From assembly GCA_964016885.1 (NCBI GenBank), contig OZ024745.1:55118001-55182000 (forward strand): a stretch of 64,000 nt of DNA. The letters are read 5' to 3'. Made by a program: the position numbers and the translations under genes. Position 1 is the first letter of the stretch; every line of letters begins with the position of its first letter. Positions 1 through 13,490 of this stretch are shown here, one piece after another. This DNA comes from Eledone cirrhosa. Lineage: Eukaryota. Below the pieces are notes generated by a model that did not search any database, was not told the origin of the DNA, and was given only the letters and a program-made list of their open reading frames with translations.

Positions 1-860
1 ATGTATTCTGTCATTAAACCCCTTGTCCTTACTGCTAGGAAATGGGAAGGACACATAATTAGCTCACGGGACGTGAGGAATATAAACCTAATTCATATCT
101 GTCTTGTGGAAGACGTGAAACTCTCCAGCAACCGCATTAAACGGAGGAAGAAAAACCGTAAGCTGAATGCAACGTTCTCGAAGTATATAGGAATGGAGTT
201 TGGTTAGGATAAATTTTCATATATCATTGTAAAGCTAAAAGTCAATCGAGCAGCATTATTATCAATGGTCTAATTTTTTCACGGATATCTGACGTAGACT
301 GATACAGATATCTAGGAATAGATGAGAATATATCCTATGATGGTATTTGTAACAAGAAACGCGTACCCAGGGAATATTACACCCGACCTACAGAAATAAA
401 ATTATCTGAAACATCTGTGCACTATAAAACAGTCACTCACGATGTGCTTCCTGTGCCTGTACTAACACAAACATTCGGAATACTCGATTCAACGATGGAT
501 GAAAATGAAACAGCACCGGAAATGTCCATAAAAACACTGATATATATACAGTATCTAAACTTAAACAGTGAGGCAAAGGTCTAAAATCAGTCCAGACAGC
601 ATTTGTGTCCCGCATCATATCCATCCAACACGTCTACGTACCACCAAGCGTAGGAGCCTATCCGTTGAACAAGACCTTCTACATCAGACAAATAATATCA
701 TGAGAGTTGGGAAAGAGCTCCGTGAGAAATACTCCCTGCATGGTAGTAAAAAAAGCACACTCCCAGATATTTCCAAACAATACCGATGTGAATCCATGGA
801 TGAAAAGCTGCATGCTTTTCTACAAATCGAAAAAAAAAACATGTTGCCCGGAGGCTTCTA
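1..860 (+). mobile_element. Decayed non-LTR retrotransposon RT/thumb fragment (R4/Dong-like RLE clade)
   Basis: Translates across stops to HICLVEDVKL...FSKYIGMEFG*DKF (cf. HLLYMDDLKL...FS.DIGMEFGLDKC), YRYLGIDE (~303-326), RLYVPP and KLHAF (cf. LHGQF). Confidence 0.65.
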
Positions 861-1176
861 ACTAAGAGTAATATATATATAAGCAAATTAGTCTATCTTG
901 GACGAACAGCCGCTATATTGGATCTTTCTTTAAAGGACAGGATTTTGCACTCAAAGAACAGGAAATCAAAACAAAATATCTAATTCACAAATGATATGGC
1001 GATACAGGCAAAACACGTAGATGTGACACGTATACATACACACACACATATGCAGACATAAATACATACTTACGGAGCTGACAATGTCGAAATTCCAATG
1101 AAAGAGACTTGTGTCTATGTTAGAAACCGTCTCTCTCTCTCTCTCGCTCTCTATTGGTAAACATAGTTAATGGAAT

Positions 1177-1385
1177 ATGATTTCTTATATAGGCGCTAGG
1201 CCAGCAATTTGGGGGGAGGAGAAAGTTGATTAAATAGACTCCAGTGCGTGACTGGTACTTTACTTTATCGACCCCATAATGATGAAATGCAAAGTTAACC
1301 TCGGCGGGATTTGAACTCAGATCATAAAGGGCCGTAACTCTATGCTGCAAAGCATGGCGTCCGACCCGCTACCGATACTGCCAAT
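1177..1385 (-). mobile_element. tRNA-derived SINE, family A (Octopus-type)
   Basis: Reverse strand has B-box-like GAGTTCAAATCC and central GCATTTCATCATTATGGGGTCGATAAAGTAAAGTACCAG; about ten further copies in the window. Confidence 0.85.
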
Positions 1386-1447
1386 ATAGTGTACAATATA
1401 ATGGAAGAATATACATACATATATGTGTGTGTGTGTGTGTGTGTGTG

Positions 1448-1780
1448 AAGACGCATGACTTAGTGGTTAGAGCATTGGGCTTCTAATCGGGAGGTTGTGA
1501 GTGTTATTCTCGGACCGGGTGTTATGTTTTGTCCTTGAGCAATACACTTTATTTCACGATGCTCCAGTTTACTCAGTTGTAGAAATAAGTTGCCGCATCA
1601 CTTATGGAATTCTCCTTTCCTTGGACAAGTGCCGTGGAAAGAGGAAGCTGGTATGGATTGACGACTGCTGATCTTCCACACACATCATTTCCCGGATGTG
1701 TGCCACGGAGGAGAACTATCTAGGCGCAAATCCCATGGTAATTTGTGGCCGAAGAGGGTCATTAACTTGCCTTTCCTATA
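1448..1780 (+). mobile_element. tRNA-derived SINE, family B (CORE-like central motif)
   Basis: A-box-like TGACTTAGTGGTTAG, then TGTCCTTGAGCAATACACTT; related copy on the minus strand at ~24335-24665. Confidence 0.7.
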
Positions 1781-1794
1781 TATCCTATATATAT

Positions 1795-2082
<288 letters not shown>

Positions 2083-3405
2083 TATATATATATATATATA
2101 TGAGAGGGGGGGGGGGTATGTTTACCTATTTACTTTGATGTCCCGACTGTTTCGCTGAGTAACATCAGTTTTACAGCACTACGAGACGTTTATATATATA
2201 GTTGCTAACTGCTAGATTGCTTATCCGTAACAGTTGTATTTGGTCGTCTCGTCGATAAACAAACGTAACTAAGTACAAAACTCTACGTGAAGCCTATATA
2301 TATAGTATTACGATTGCTATAAAAACGACGGTGTTTCTATATATGGATAACGTTAAAACAGATGTTATATAATTTTATATATTGAATATACTATTGTGTA
2401 ACATTTGTTTTGCCATTGTTCTTTCTATACAATATCAAACGTTAAAATAATTCATGTTATAATTGTAATACATTGTGTCACTTTTCAGCTCGAAATCTTG
2501 CTTACATAAGTATATGTTGCGTATGGTGTAAAATAGTTTTATTTATTCTGTTTGTTAAATCTATGACTATTTAATTTCCACGGGAGATCGATGTGTCGTG
2601 TTGGAATAGAATTTAATGTATACTATTTTTAAAGAGTGACTTTTATCTGTTTAATGTTTATTTATGATGTTAAATATACGGAATATACCATATATATTTA
2701 TGAGTTTAATTAAATCAATTTCCAATTTAAGTTGGTACTAAATTTTCAGGAGATTTCTAATTTGAAGCCTCTCCACCCCCATACATAAATATTTGTTTTC
2801 TTTGTCTTGTAGGTAGCCTGTGTAGCCTGTGTTTTCTATTTCACCCTTCTCATTCTGAAAGTTTTTCATTGACAAGATGTTAAAATTGAGGTTTTTAATC
2901 CTCAAGCCTACCCTCCAAGACATGTATAGTCATACATCACATAGCCCTATCCAATATGCATGATCAATCCAAACACAATATAGATCCCATGAGCTAAACG
3001 CATCCTTGCTGCAATACATATGAATATCTCATCAGAAATACATTAAAAATAAACCCAACACATTCCATTCTATGAGAATATGCTTATCACAATAAATTAT
3101 ACAATCTTGAAACCGGGCATTGTCTTCAACAAAAGACTCCACTGTGCTAGTAGCGGGTAAGTAAGTTTAACAGCCACATTTGATATGAGATTTCAAATGT
3201 ATACACTTCATAATTATATGGTTTACAATAAACATTTTAGTACCACACTAACTGGGATGTATGAACTACAACAATGAGTTTAAATACAATACAATACTCA
3301 TGTACATGACAGTCGTTTGCACATTTGTTATACCTAGAAAACACAACATTAATGATTAGTCATGTATTCACGAGAATAATTATTCATGAAATTAGTTATC
3401 TTTAA

Positions 3406-4903
3406 CTAGCAGAAGTGCCCGGCGTTGCTCGGAGTTTAATTGCTTTAAAGTACTTTTAATGATTCCACTCAATTATGAATATTGAGGCATTGAAAGTAAA
3501 TACGGGTAAGTTTGAAAATATACAACAATAGCATCTTCTCACCATATGTCAGACCGGCAAGACTGCAGTGGTGCTGAATAGAGGAGTCACAACACCTCTA
3601 TGTAGACCACATTATTTGTTCTGCCTTTGGGCGCAAGTATGAATAAGTTCTGCTTGCATCCCACTCTTGAGCATGCAACGTATAATTGGCCGTTTGGATG
3701 GCATGACCGTAGATTCAAAGAATGTGTTTGGTAGCGAAAATTTTCAAATGAACATTGAATTAGTTTAAAGTATGTACTATATTGTAGCAAGACCGAACAC
3801 GTAAATATTTATGCAGGTAATGGAGCATGAAAGGCGGAGTAGCCAACACTTTCAATTGAACGGTGAGTAAGTGGAAAGTGAGTACAAAGTAAGATCTATG
3901 AAGAATGCACGTCAAATAATAGGTCAAACCTGTAAGCCAAACCTATCTGAGTTATAGCACAAAAGAGCGTAAACAGGGGCGTTCTTTTGGAGCAGACTGG
4001 AAAATAAATCATCGAAATCGGACGTTCGTGAAAAAAGTTTTCTCATTAATTTTTTGTCTCATATTGAGAAAAACAAAGAAAGAAAATTACAAAAGGGACA
4101 ACAATAAAATATAATGTCTTTGTTGAAAATCATGTAAATAAAAGCTTAAACGTTGTTATTGTTACGTTTGTTGTTTTATAAATTCATCTGTTGCTTTTGA
4201 ATATTTGTTATTTAATGTAAAATGTAAGTGTGTAAAAATGTAACGTTGAGAGAGCAGTATGTATTTACTGCTATCGGCTTTTTAAATGTTGATATTTGAT
4301 GTATGACGAACGAAGAGGGGGGAATAGAGAAGTTTTGTCGTTGTTCTAAACTGTAATGGAGACGGAGGCAGTAACATTTTAAAGAGTGTTGCAGAGGAGA
4401 TTGAGGGTAATGAGAGGAATGAAGCGTGTAAGAGAGAGGGTTATCAAAGTTTGTGTCGCGTTCCTTCGGAACGGAGGCAGTAACCTTTTAAAAAGAGTTG
4501 CGGAGGAGATTGAGGGTAGTGAGAGGAATGAAGAGTGTAAGAGAGAGGGTTATCAAAGTTTGTGTCGCGTTCCTTCAAAAGAAGTTTTGTCGTTGTTCTA
4601 AACTGTAACGGTGATAGGTTAGTAGACGGAGGCAGTAACCTTTCAAAGAGAGTTGCCGAGGAGATTGAGGGTAGTGAGAGGAATGAAGCGTGTAAGAGAG
4701 AGGGTTACAGCATGTATTTAGTTTTATCGATTTTATTTCATAGAAGCAGGAAATATTTGGCAAAAATAATTACGCGTTGACCTGCCCCGGTAAATTTGGA
4801 GCACATTGGAAAAAACATCATCAAAATCGGTAGCGAAATGTGGAAATGCATAAAAATCATACACACACACAGACAGACATCTACCGTTTTATATATAGAG
4901 AGA
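3406..4903 (-). mobile_element. Non-autonomous Helitron retaining a PIF1 helicase C-terminal fragment
   Basis: Minus strand starts A|TCTCTCTATATATAAAA and ends CCGAGCAACGCCGGGCACTTCTGCTAG|T; ORF 3587-3790 ends GQLYVACSRVG...NLFILAPKGRTNNVVYIEVL (Helitron helicase motif VI/C-terminus). Confidence 0.9.
4330..4708. repeat. Minisatellite inside the Helitron (three copies of a ~75-bp core with variable spacers)
   Basis: GAGGAGATTGAGGGTA.TGAGAGGAATGAAG.GTGTAAGAGAGAGGGTTA recurs at ~4394, ~4503 and ~4658. Confidence 0.9.
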
Positions 4904-5254
4904 TTATTAATATACATTCTTACATTGTGTATTATTAATTTCATTGAATATTAATGAGAACATTTAGGAATAGATCGTATATACTAGTTACAAATTAATA
5001 GAATACTTTATAATACAAATCGTTCCTGATCGACTAAAATGACAAACCGTTTGATTACAAATGATTTGAAAGAGGCACATGAACATTACCGTAATGTATG
5101 TCTAAACGTATAAACTAACAGTAATCTTTAATACCATCCATGGACAAAAACGGACACAAATCACCGGTAAACATATAAATCTGCAGCGATCGATGTAGTA
5201 AAAGCAATGATCAAGAGCTCACCAAAATGTTATAGGTCATTAAACAATAAATGT

Positions 5255-5441
5255 AATAATTGTTTATACATTTGGCACAAGGACAGTAATTATCACAGTA
5301 TATTACTGGTACTTTATTTTATCGACCCCGTAAGGATGAAAGGCAAAGTTAACCTCGGCGAGATTTGAACTCAGACCATAAAGGGACGTAACTCTTTGCT
5401 GCAAAGCATGGCGTCCGACCCTCTACCAATACTTCCAATCC
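5255..5441 (-). mobile_element. SINE family A
   Basis: TACTGGTACTTTATTTTATCGACCCCGTAAGGATGAAAGGCAAAGTTAACCTCGGCG...GCATGGCGTCCGACCCTCTACC. Confidence 0.9.
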
Positions 5442-6949
5442 AAGGGCATATGTACTTTTAAACATATCTGGTGTGTGCAATAATAGCCTGCTTATATCAG
5501 ATAAATATTTAAGGATATTGGGACTACATACTTCTTCACATACACAATATATATCCAATTGTAAATATTGTTTCCATTGAATTCCCTAGCAAGCAGTTTA
5601 TATATAGACAGTTGAAATATGATAGCATACGTTTTAAACAATTCCATATAGTATTGTTTGCCAAAGTGATTCAAAAGTGTACAACCTAAAACTGAACGCT
5701 GTTTATGTATTCAATAAAATCGTAAATTTACCTCTCGATCAACATCGGTCACCAGCCAAAGGCAATATCAATATTTATAAGAGAATAAGTGAAGTTCGTG
5801 CCACGTAAAAAAAAAAATCCAAGTAGCAATAAAATCAAGTCACGGGCACGGAAACAAGGGTTCAGTTTTTGGCACCGCGTTTGACATTAATTCTTATGAG
5901 CTTCAGGCAATTGTACATTTCTATTCAATAAATGTTAACCTTAAATTATTAATTAATGCCATTGACTTCATTTCAGATATAATTTAGTTTTCGTTTCAAG
6001 CAGAATGAAACATTTAAGTGGGGTAAAAGAAGCTAATAATATGTTTTTATTATACTTACAAATTTATTGTTATTTACATTTTTTACATTCTTATTTATTA
6101 TATACGCTTTCCTTGTAATGTTTAGTTGTTAAAGTAACAGCCGATTGAAAACCAAATGTATGAAATCAAACAGACTTGCTTTATTTTAAGTTGTACATTA
6201 CATATATTATAAAGTTTGGCTATTATACAGAAATCCGCCTTTCTCACATATAGAGTGAGGAGGTAATTGTATAAAAGCAATGCAAACTTCAGAAGGAGTG
6301 GTAACTCAAAGGATGAGTTGGCATTATGTGAGATGGCTTCTAGCAAAAGGTTGTACACATTTAAATCTGGAATACAACTAATTAACAAACATATACATGC
6401 TTTGCCCATGTTTCACTTTAACTTTCCACCTGTCTCTTCCAGAGCCAAGTAGCCTGTGGGATATAGATGAAGAAATAGCATAGCATAATATATGTCTGTG
6501 TGTGTGAATGTGTGTGTGTATATATACATCTACATATGTATACAAACACACACACATCATATATATATATATATATACTTACTTAAAATTTAATGATATC
6601 TTTATATGCAAGCGAAATGTGAAATAAAATGATAACAATGTAGGAGGCTTTCGTCAGTGAGGAAGAGCGAGAGTAAGAAAAATGTTAATACATATATATA
6701 CGTATAATGTGTGTGTTTGTGTGTGTATTTGTGTGTTTGTGCGCGCGCGTATGTGCGCGTGCATGTGCGCCTAAATTTAGAAGTAGATAGATGTACAGAA
6801 ACGTTTATATGCATCACATCACATTCATAATTTTAACATTCGTGTATACAGTAAATAATTTTTTATACAGTTAAAAATGTATTATTTAGAAATAATATTT
6901 TGTTGCCATTCCTTTTTACAGGTATATAAATACATATATGTACGCCGGC

Positions 6950-9000
6950 CGTTTGCACCCCTTCTACACTCAGCTATTCCTAGACCGTCACAGAATGTAT
7001 CAAAGAAACTGTTTCACCCACGACCTCGGCTAACGCTACAGTATGAGGCGCTCCATGAAAATCTTCATGACACCTGAATATATCTGGTCTGCCCCAGTCC
7101 AGTCATAGGCACCACAAGTCTAAATGAACAACGTTCGCTTTTATGCACATCGAGGACTATAAACTTAAGGTCGATAAAGATCCTCAGTACTTCAAAATCC
7201 ATACCTTTCCTAAACAGTACTTTCAACGCTTCTCTCCTTCCAGAGAGAACATGAGTTTTTTAGATATTTATTTTGTTCAATATGGAGGCAAGTTCATGTG
7301 TGTCGGAAATCCTAATCTTGCTGACCGCGATCATATCTATAGCTAATGACCTGAACTTAGTTCGCAAGCAATCCAGGTTCCAGAACGAAGCAACGTATAA
7401 TCTTTCAACGTACTTTTAACATTGTAAGCTGGCTGGAAAGCGTTAAGATCAAAGCTAAGAAAAGAAAATGAATGAGGATTCCTTTAGGAACACATTTAAA
7501 CACTTAACGGTGGCTTATTTTATTAAGGGTTCACAAGACATAGAGCAAGTTCTCCCTAATAGTTTCATGTTTAGAGAGAACTGCACACCATCAGAAGTGT
7601 TTATAGTACCATACAATGTTGGTGCTAAAGATGTTCCCCGCGCCTTCAATATTTTCAGTTGATATATGACGCAGATCAGTTCGACATTGGCCCTTCACAC
7701 TAACATAAATTCTGGTATCTGTGTCGTTGATTGTTGTAGTTGCATATGTTTGTTCTTTTAGATAATTTGTAGTGTTGTTATTGTTGGGGTGGGTGGAGGA
7801 GCTGTTTGTGATGGTGAATATGATATAGGTAGCATTGATGTCTCTTGCCATAGGTGTGTCATTTGTGTTTTATGGAGTATGAGTGATCTAACACGATGTT
7901 TGGATTTCTTCATCATCGTTATACCTGATGAGTACATATTGTTGTCTGCAGGATCAGTCTTAGATATAGTTGGAAGTGTGTTCGTGTTTGTGTGTCGATG
8001 TGTGTGTGTGTGTTTGTTTGAAGGAGCGAAAGCGGTAAAGTCGGTTTGAGAGAACCCATTGTGGCCTCAATCATGTTCCCCCCTGCTGGCACTCCTTTCG
8101 TTGACGCTGGTGGTGTGATGGTGGGATGGTGTTCATAGTAGTTGTGGTGGTGGTGGTGTTAGTTGTGTTGCCTTTGGTGTTGTGGTTGAAGCCTAACGTT
8201 TTGACTTTAGTTTCGCTGCTGATGAAGGGATGGGGAGGCTTGTTTTTCTTTTTTACACGTTTGGTGGTCTTGTTGTGGCCCTTATGACTGCAGCAATGGG
8301 GTTTGTCCTTACATGCTCTCGTCTTTTGACGGTAAAACAACTCTCAGTTGGCCGCTATCACTACTCAGATTTTTGCCTTCTACAATGGCATTAGATTCAC
8401 ACCACTCAAAAGGTAAATTAGTTCGGCGGATCTCTCCCGCTCCTCCGATTTATGTAGAAATGTATCTCTAAACTGACATCAAACCAGCTTTCACTCCAGA
8501 ATGTGTTTATATCAAGGAGGTTTTCGCTAACCTTCTGACCAACGCAAGACAAGATATCCCAGATGTCAAACACTGTCGGGGTTCCTTAATGCGTACCTTA
8601 ACTAATTTTCCCAAATATCACAGTAACAATGTATATCGTTTGTATTACAACACTCCACATAAGGTTTTATTCTAAAGGCTTCATCGTTTAAGAGATCCGA
8701 AATGCTCCAAAACATTTTGACCCTTTTGGCATGGTTTTTTTCAGAGCCGTTTCCAAGCGGGTTTGTGTTCCTAGTTTGTTTTTTATTTTTTATTTTAGCA
8801 ATTTCTATAAGTTAGTTTCTACTGTGTAGTTGCCAACACGTCTTTCGGAACGCTAACATTGTCTCAGTCTTCTGTATTGTGTTCAATTTGGCTGCTTGCG
8901 TTAAATATGTGTCATTTTGATAAGTTCATTATTTTTGGCAGTCGGAGCTGAGAACATGTTTTTAAGCAAAAACAATGTTTCCAAATAATGTGAAACGAAA
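6950..9000 (-). mobile_element. Highly decayed LINE RT (CR1/L2/RTE-like), possibly interrupted at ~7660-8340
   Basis: Weak minus-strand motifs: RPxxS-like near 8350 and CVPKGILIHFLF (cf. GVPQGS.LSP.LF) near 7470-7495; many stops. Confidence 0.3.
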
Positions 9001-9499
9001 TCACAAACTTATGGAGCAAAATCTGGTTGCGAAGATGTTGTTGGTGTTGTGTTTGTTACTGTTCGTGTTTTTATTGCTGTCATTATTAACGTTTGTGTTG
9101 TCGTTGCTGCTCTTGCCATTGTTCTTTTAATGTTCTCTTATTTATGTTGTTCATGTGCTTGTAGTAGTAGTATTATCATTGCCACTTAATCCTATGCTCG
9201 GAAGTATTTTTCGTATACCTTCTTTGGCTCTCGCCCTATGCCGTTGTCGAAGGCGTGTCCTGTAAATGTTTGATTATTGCATTCTATGGACGTCCCACTG
9301 TTGCATTCTGCGGACGTCATCGGTTCATCCACCATATTTTTATTTTAAAAAGATCTGGTTGAAATCTAATTTAAACATTAAAGGATACAGAGAAAATAAA
9401 ACAGACCAATTAAAGTGTATCTCATTATAATTGGCAACAAAATAGTATAAGCTTTAACAAAAATATTGTTTCCAAATAATGTGAAACGAAATCACAAAT

Positions 9500-9800
9500 T
9501 TACGGGAGAAAAATCTGGTTGCAAAAAAATAGATGAGACATTATTAGAAGCAGTAGCACAGAAAGAGTGCCTATTAAAACAAAGAAAACTATAAAAGATA
9601 TGATGGAAAATGGAAAACAAGAAACATTCAGACGAAAGACGTTGCATGGCCAGTTTCAGTGAAGCTCTAAAAATATAAAATCGTGTGAGTTAGGGAAATG
9701 TTATGAAAAGAAAATGTGAAAAGAGAAAATAGAAGCTTACTGTTAGCATCTAATAAATAAACTCAAAATATCAACGCTTGATATGGAGTCCTAAGTAACC
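9500..9800 (+). mobile_element. R4/Dong-like LINE fragment
   Basis: Encodes KTLHGQF (~9637-9657), typical of the region after the RT thumb in RLE LINEs. Confidence 0.4.
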
Positions 9801-9829
9801 AGCGATAAGAATCCCATTTGATAATAAGG

Positions 9830-9985
9830 ATAATGGTTTCTGATTTAGGCACAAGACCAACAATTTTGTGGGAGGGAACATTCGATTAAATCAACCCAAG
9901 TGCATTACTAACACTTTATTTTATCGACCCCTTAATGATACAAGACAACGATAACCTCGACAGCATTTGATCACAGAACTATGAG
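9830..9985 (-). mobile_element. SINE family A, diverged (a further decayed copy at ~10110-10300)
   Basis: TTTATTTTATCGACCCC core and TTAGGCACAAG tail. Confidence 0.7.
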
Positions 9986-12429
9986 AGACAGGTATATGAC
10001 AAAACACTTGTAACATAAGCAATGTCTTGCTCATATTTCGAATATATTATTATGTTGTAAAGCATCTTTGAAAAGAGCTTATGAAAATGAAATGAAATGG
10101 AATAATGTAATAATTATTTCTGAACATTGGCAAAACATCAGTTATTTGTGTATCAGAGTAAGTCAATTTTATCGACACCACTACTTATCAGGTAATTTCG
10201 TGAATGAAGAATGACAATTTGACCATGGTGAGATTTGAAATCAGAAGGTACAAAATCATGAATCAATACAGCAAAGAATTACGTATGACATTCTGCCGAC
10301 ACTTGCAGAATATAATGTAAGACGTAAGATTAACTCTGACTAACATGTATGTAAGTAGGTAGGTATGATTGTGTGTATACACATATATCCACACAATCAT
10401 ATATATGTTACTTCACGGAACCGATAAGCGTGTTAATAGCACACGAGGTAGTGAAATAAATGTGCTATTCCGACATTGTCGGAAAAGATGACAAAACGAA
10501 AGATTCTGTATATTATAATAATAATTTTGATAAACGCGTAAGGGTTATAAGAATGCTAGCTCAGAGATCACCGTTACGTTAAATCCTACAAGGAGTCTTG
10601 CTTCTGAAGCTAACTTTTCAAATGTCCTTGAATGAAGTTAACTATGAAGTAATTTAAAGTCAAATGGCTGAAATCTGCATTGCAGGAAAAATAGAAAGAA
10701 CAATACCTATTTCGACAAACGTAAATGAAATGAATTATCCCTGTGTTTGCCTTCTTCCATTTCTTTCTACTGTTTATTTACATACTTACATAATAAGAAT
10801 ACACTGTATAAAACATATGAAACAAATACATACAGTTTATATTCAATTCCAATATTACTTACTAGCATATTTCTATCTCCTGTAAAAAGAAAATTACATT
10901 AGAATAACATATATTCATTAGCTTTCAAAACTTGATATAATCCATTTGAATTCCTTTCTGAAATATTGCAACTATTTCAGACATTTTAAGCATTGACATT
11001 ACGAATAGATAGCTAAGAATGTCAGAACTTGTTATTCAAACACAATCGATTTATCTGATCAGATACGACATGTGTGCATTTCATTGGAACATCAAAATGT
11101 AGCAGACTTTGCTAACCTTAGATAATGGTACGCGATACTTTTCTAGATATCATTTTGTAAGTTGTAGGAATGCTATCTAATAATTATGCCATTAAAAACA
11201 TTTAAAAGCAAAATTTGTTGAATGCAAAAGACATAGCATGATCATGTGTATATGCCAGACTTAAATAATTATAATTATAGTATTTGTCCAACTTCAAGAT
11301 GTTAAATATATTTCACTTAATACATATATGAACATTCTCTTAAAGTCGATTCTCTTTCCGTTGGAGAAGTTATTATAGATTGAAAAATTCATACCAGACG
11401 GAAGAACATGAAAAATAAAAAAAACAGCAGTGTAGTTATTAGACAATTGTCTTATGATTACGCTTTTAGAAGTACATTTTACTGACACCTATTAACATTT
11501 TTGAACCACACGGATATAACAAGCAAAATCAAAACAAGAATCGACTTTATAATAGTCATAAGAATAACAGACTTAGTGTCTGAAGAAAAATTAAATTGTC
11601 CAAAATAACAATGTTCTTGTGGTGACCACAACTTCTCTACTATTAGTGAAAACTACATGGTGCTTTTGACGTTTGATTGTAATGACCATAGTCAGCTGAG
11701 AAGCTCAGAAACAAGTTTAAAGTACTTCTGCGTCAAGGTGAAATGGTACTGGAATGAAAGTATATTGCATTTGTCAAGTTTTCTTACTCGTTTAACATCT
11801 CTGTGGGAAATAAATCGAATTAAATACGGAGATTACAAATTAGTTTTGTTCTTTATAATATGTCTCGTATAATCGCACCAATCTTTATCGAATATGCTGG
11901 AGATTGCAGCTATCGATCCATACGTATATACAATGTAGTTGAATATATAAAAGATGAAGATATATGGAAATTTATATGTGGAGATATGATTCGGTGAAAA
12001 ATTATATAGAATACTTTACAGTATATAAATCAATGAAATAAAAATAATGTACGTCGTCACTGCTAGAGGGTCTACCACAAAGCTATACTTTGAGGGATTG
12101 CCCTCTTCGGTTTGGTGGGCAGCAGATACTGAGTTGATAGCCGAACGTACCAATTTGCCACAACATGAGGCATCCGAAATGAAGAGCCTACCCCCACGGA
12201 ACGGAAGATTGTCATGACGTCTGGCCTTTTGCCGTCCCATCAGTCCAGCCCTACTTGCTCGAGCTGGGAAGAGAAGCCTGCACCGCCCAGGCCATGCTTT
12301 AGGATCTTACTGCGAGTTCTTCTTTTGACGGAGCCATTTAGTATTCCAACACATTCGTGAGAGCATCCAAGTTCCCCCAACGTGACCCACAATGCACTAT
12401 GATTAAGATATTTTGTTAGGTCCACTTAC

Positions 12430-13490
12430 TGCTGAACATAATTCTTCGTAAGCTGACGGAAAGTGATCATGTACTTAGTACCCCACCCAGCTCTAAATCC
12501 TCACATGATCTCGGAGAAGGCATTGTGGCAGATCTTTTTATTAGACGATTCAGCAAGACCTTGGATAAGACGTTTACTACCGATACAAACAGACTCCGCA
12601 TTCAGACTTGGAGCCCATGATCTTGTAAATTGAGAGCAAAATTACATCTACCCATCTTCCGGGACATGTTTCCCCTCTCATACAGATAAGGCTAGCTCAT
12701 GAATGACCATGGCCATAATGTCCACTCTAAAGAGGATTATACTTCAATTTTGCCATGTTAGAGGGAGGAGGACAAACCCTTGCCCTATTGTGCTCTATAA
12801 TTCCCTCAATAACTGCAATTATAAGCTCTCTTATAAGCTCTCTGCGTATCTGCGGAAAATTCAGACCATCGGTGATTCTTCAACCTTCGAGCAGTTTTCA
12901 CATTGCTTTTTGAAGGCCTTCTCACTGAACCCTCAGTAATGGGGCACTACGCATGGAAATTGTTCTTCTCTTCAATGGTTATAGAGATTGCAGCATTATT
13001 ATCACCAAACCAGTCTCTTTGTTTTGTTTCCTTAAGACATGGTACATCAAAACCAGCACTGTAAACCTGTGTTTTAAACTCTTCCCAACTTGCATCAAAA
13101 ACAAAGTTATCAAATGTATTTTGAAGAGGGTCTCGCACATCTAAATTATGCAGTTTGGAGACATCTATACGTTTCGGCACTAACCTTGCTGCCATCACTT
13201 CTCTTCTTATCTTCGCCTTCATATTGCCATGTACAGTTTTGTGGCCTGTACCACATTGTGCACCACGCATTACATTTGCAGAGAAGATATTCGGGACGTC
13301 TCTTTCCCTGGTGATCATATAATCCAAGATGTGCCCTTGTTAGAATCTCGGGTGTATCCATATAGCATTCTGGTTCTTCTTTTGCTGAAAAATGTATTGT
13401 ACACGGCCAGTTCAAACCCATTGCATAATTGCGAATTGAGAAGGTGGAGAAGGCCAGTTGCATTCATTTTGCTCATGCCGTGAGATTCTA
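12430..13490 (-). mobile_element. RTE-clade LINE fragment (end of APE endonuclease and linker)
   Basis: ORF 12947-13327: LDYMITRERDV...VMRGAQCGTGHKTV...WEEFK...KQRDWFGDNN (cf. RTE VMRGAECWTDHRLV, RKHQDWFDEN). Confidence 0.8.

Noticed and set aside
312-536. Apparent minus-strand exon pair with good splice signals (441-536 and from 387)
   Set aside because: The plus strand here is explained by R4-like RT motifs, and the implied intron is only ~53 nt.
1448-1520. tRNA gene
   Set aside because: Degenerate SINE head with a broken B box and no complete cloverleaf.
2140-2190. Minus-strand half hammerhead (GCTG...CAGC-GAAA-CAG-TC-GGGAC)
   Set aside because: No CUGANGA box between helix I and helix II.
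8972-9521. ~60-bp direct repeat at ~8972 and ~9465
   Set aside because: No ribozyme or terminal hallmark seen; probably a local duplication among decayed LINE pieces.
12060-12420. GC-rich segment beside the RTE fragment as a possible 5' UTR with an HDV-like ribozyme
   Set aside because: Could not construct the nested double pseudoknot by eye; needs an RNArobo/Infernal search.
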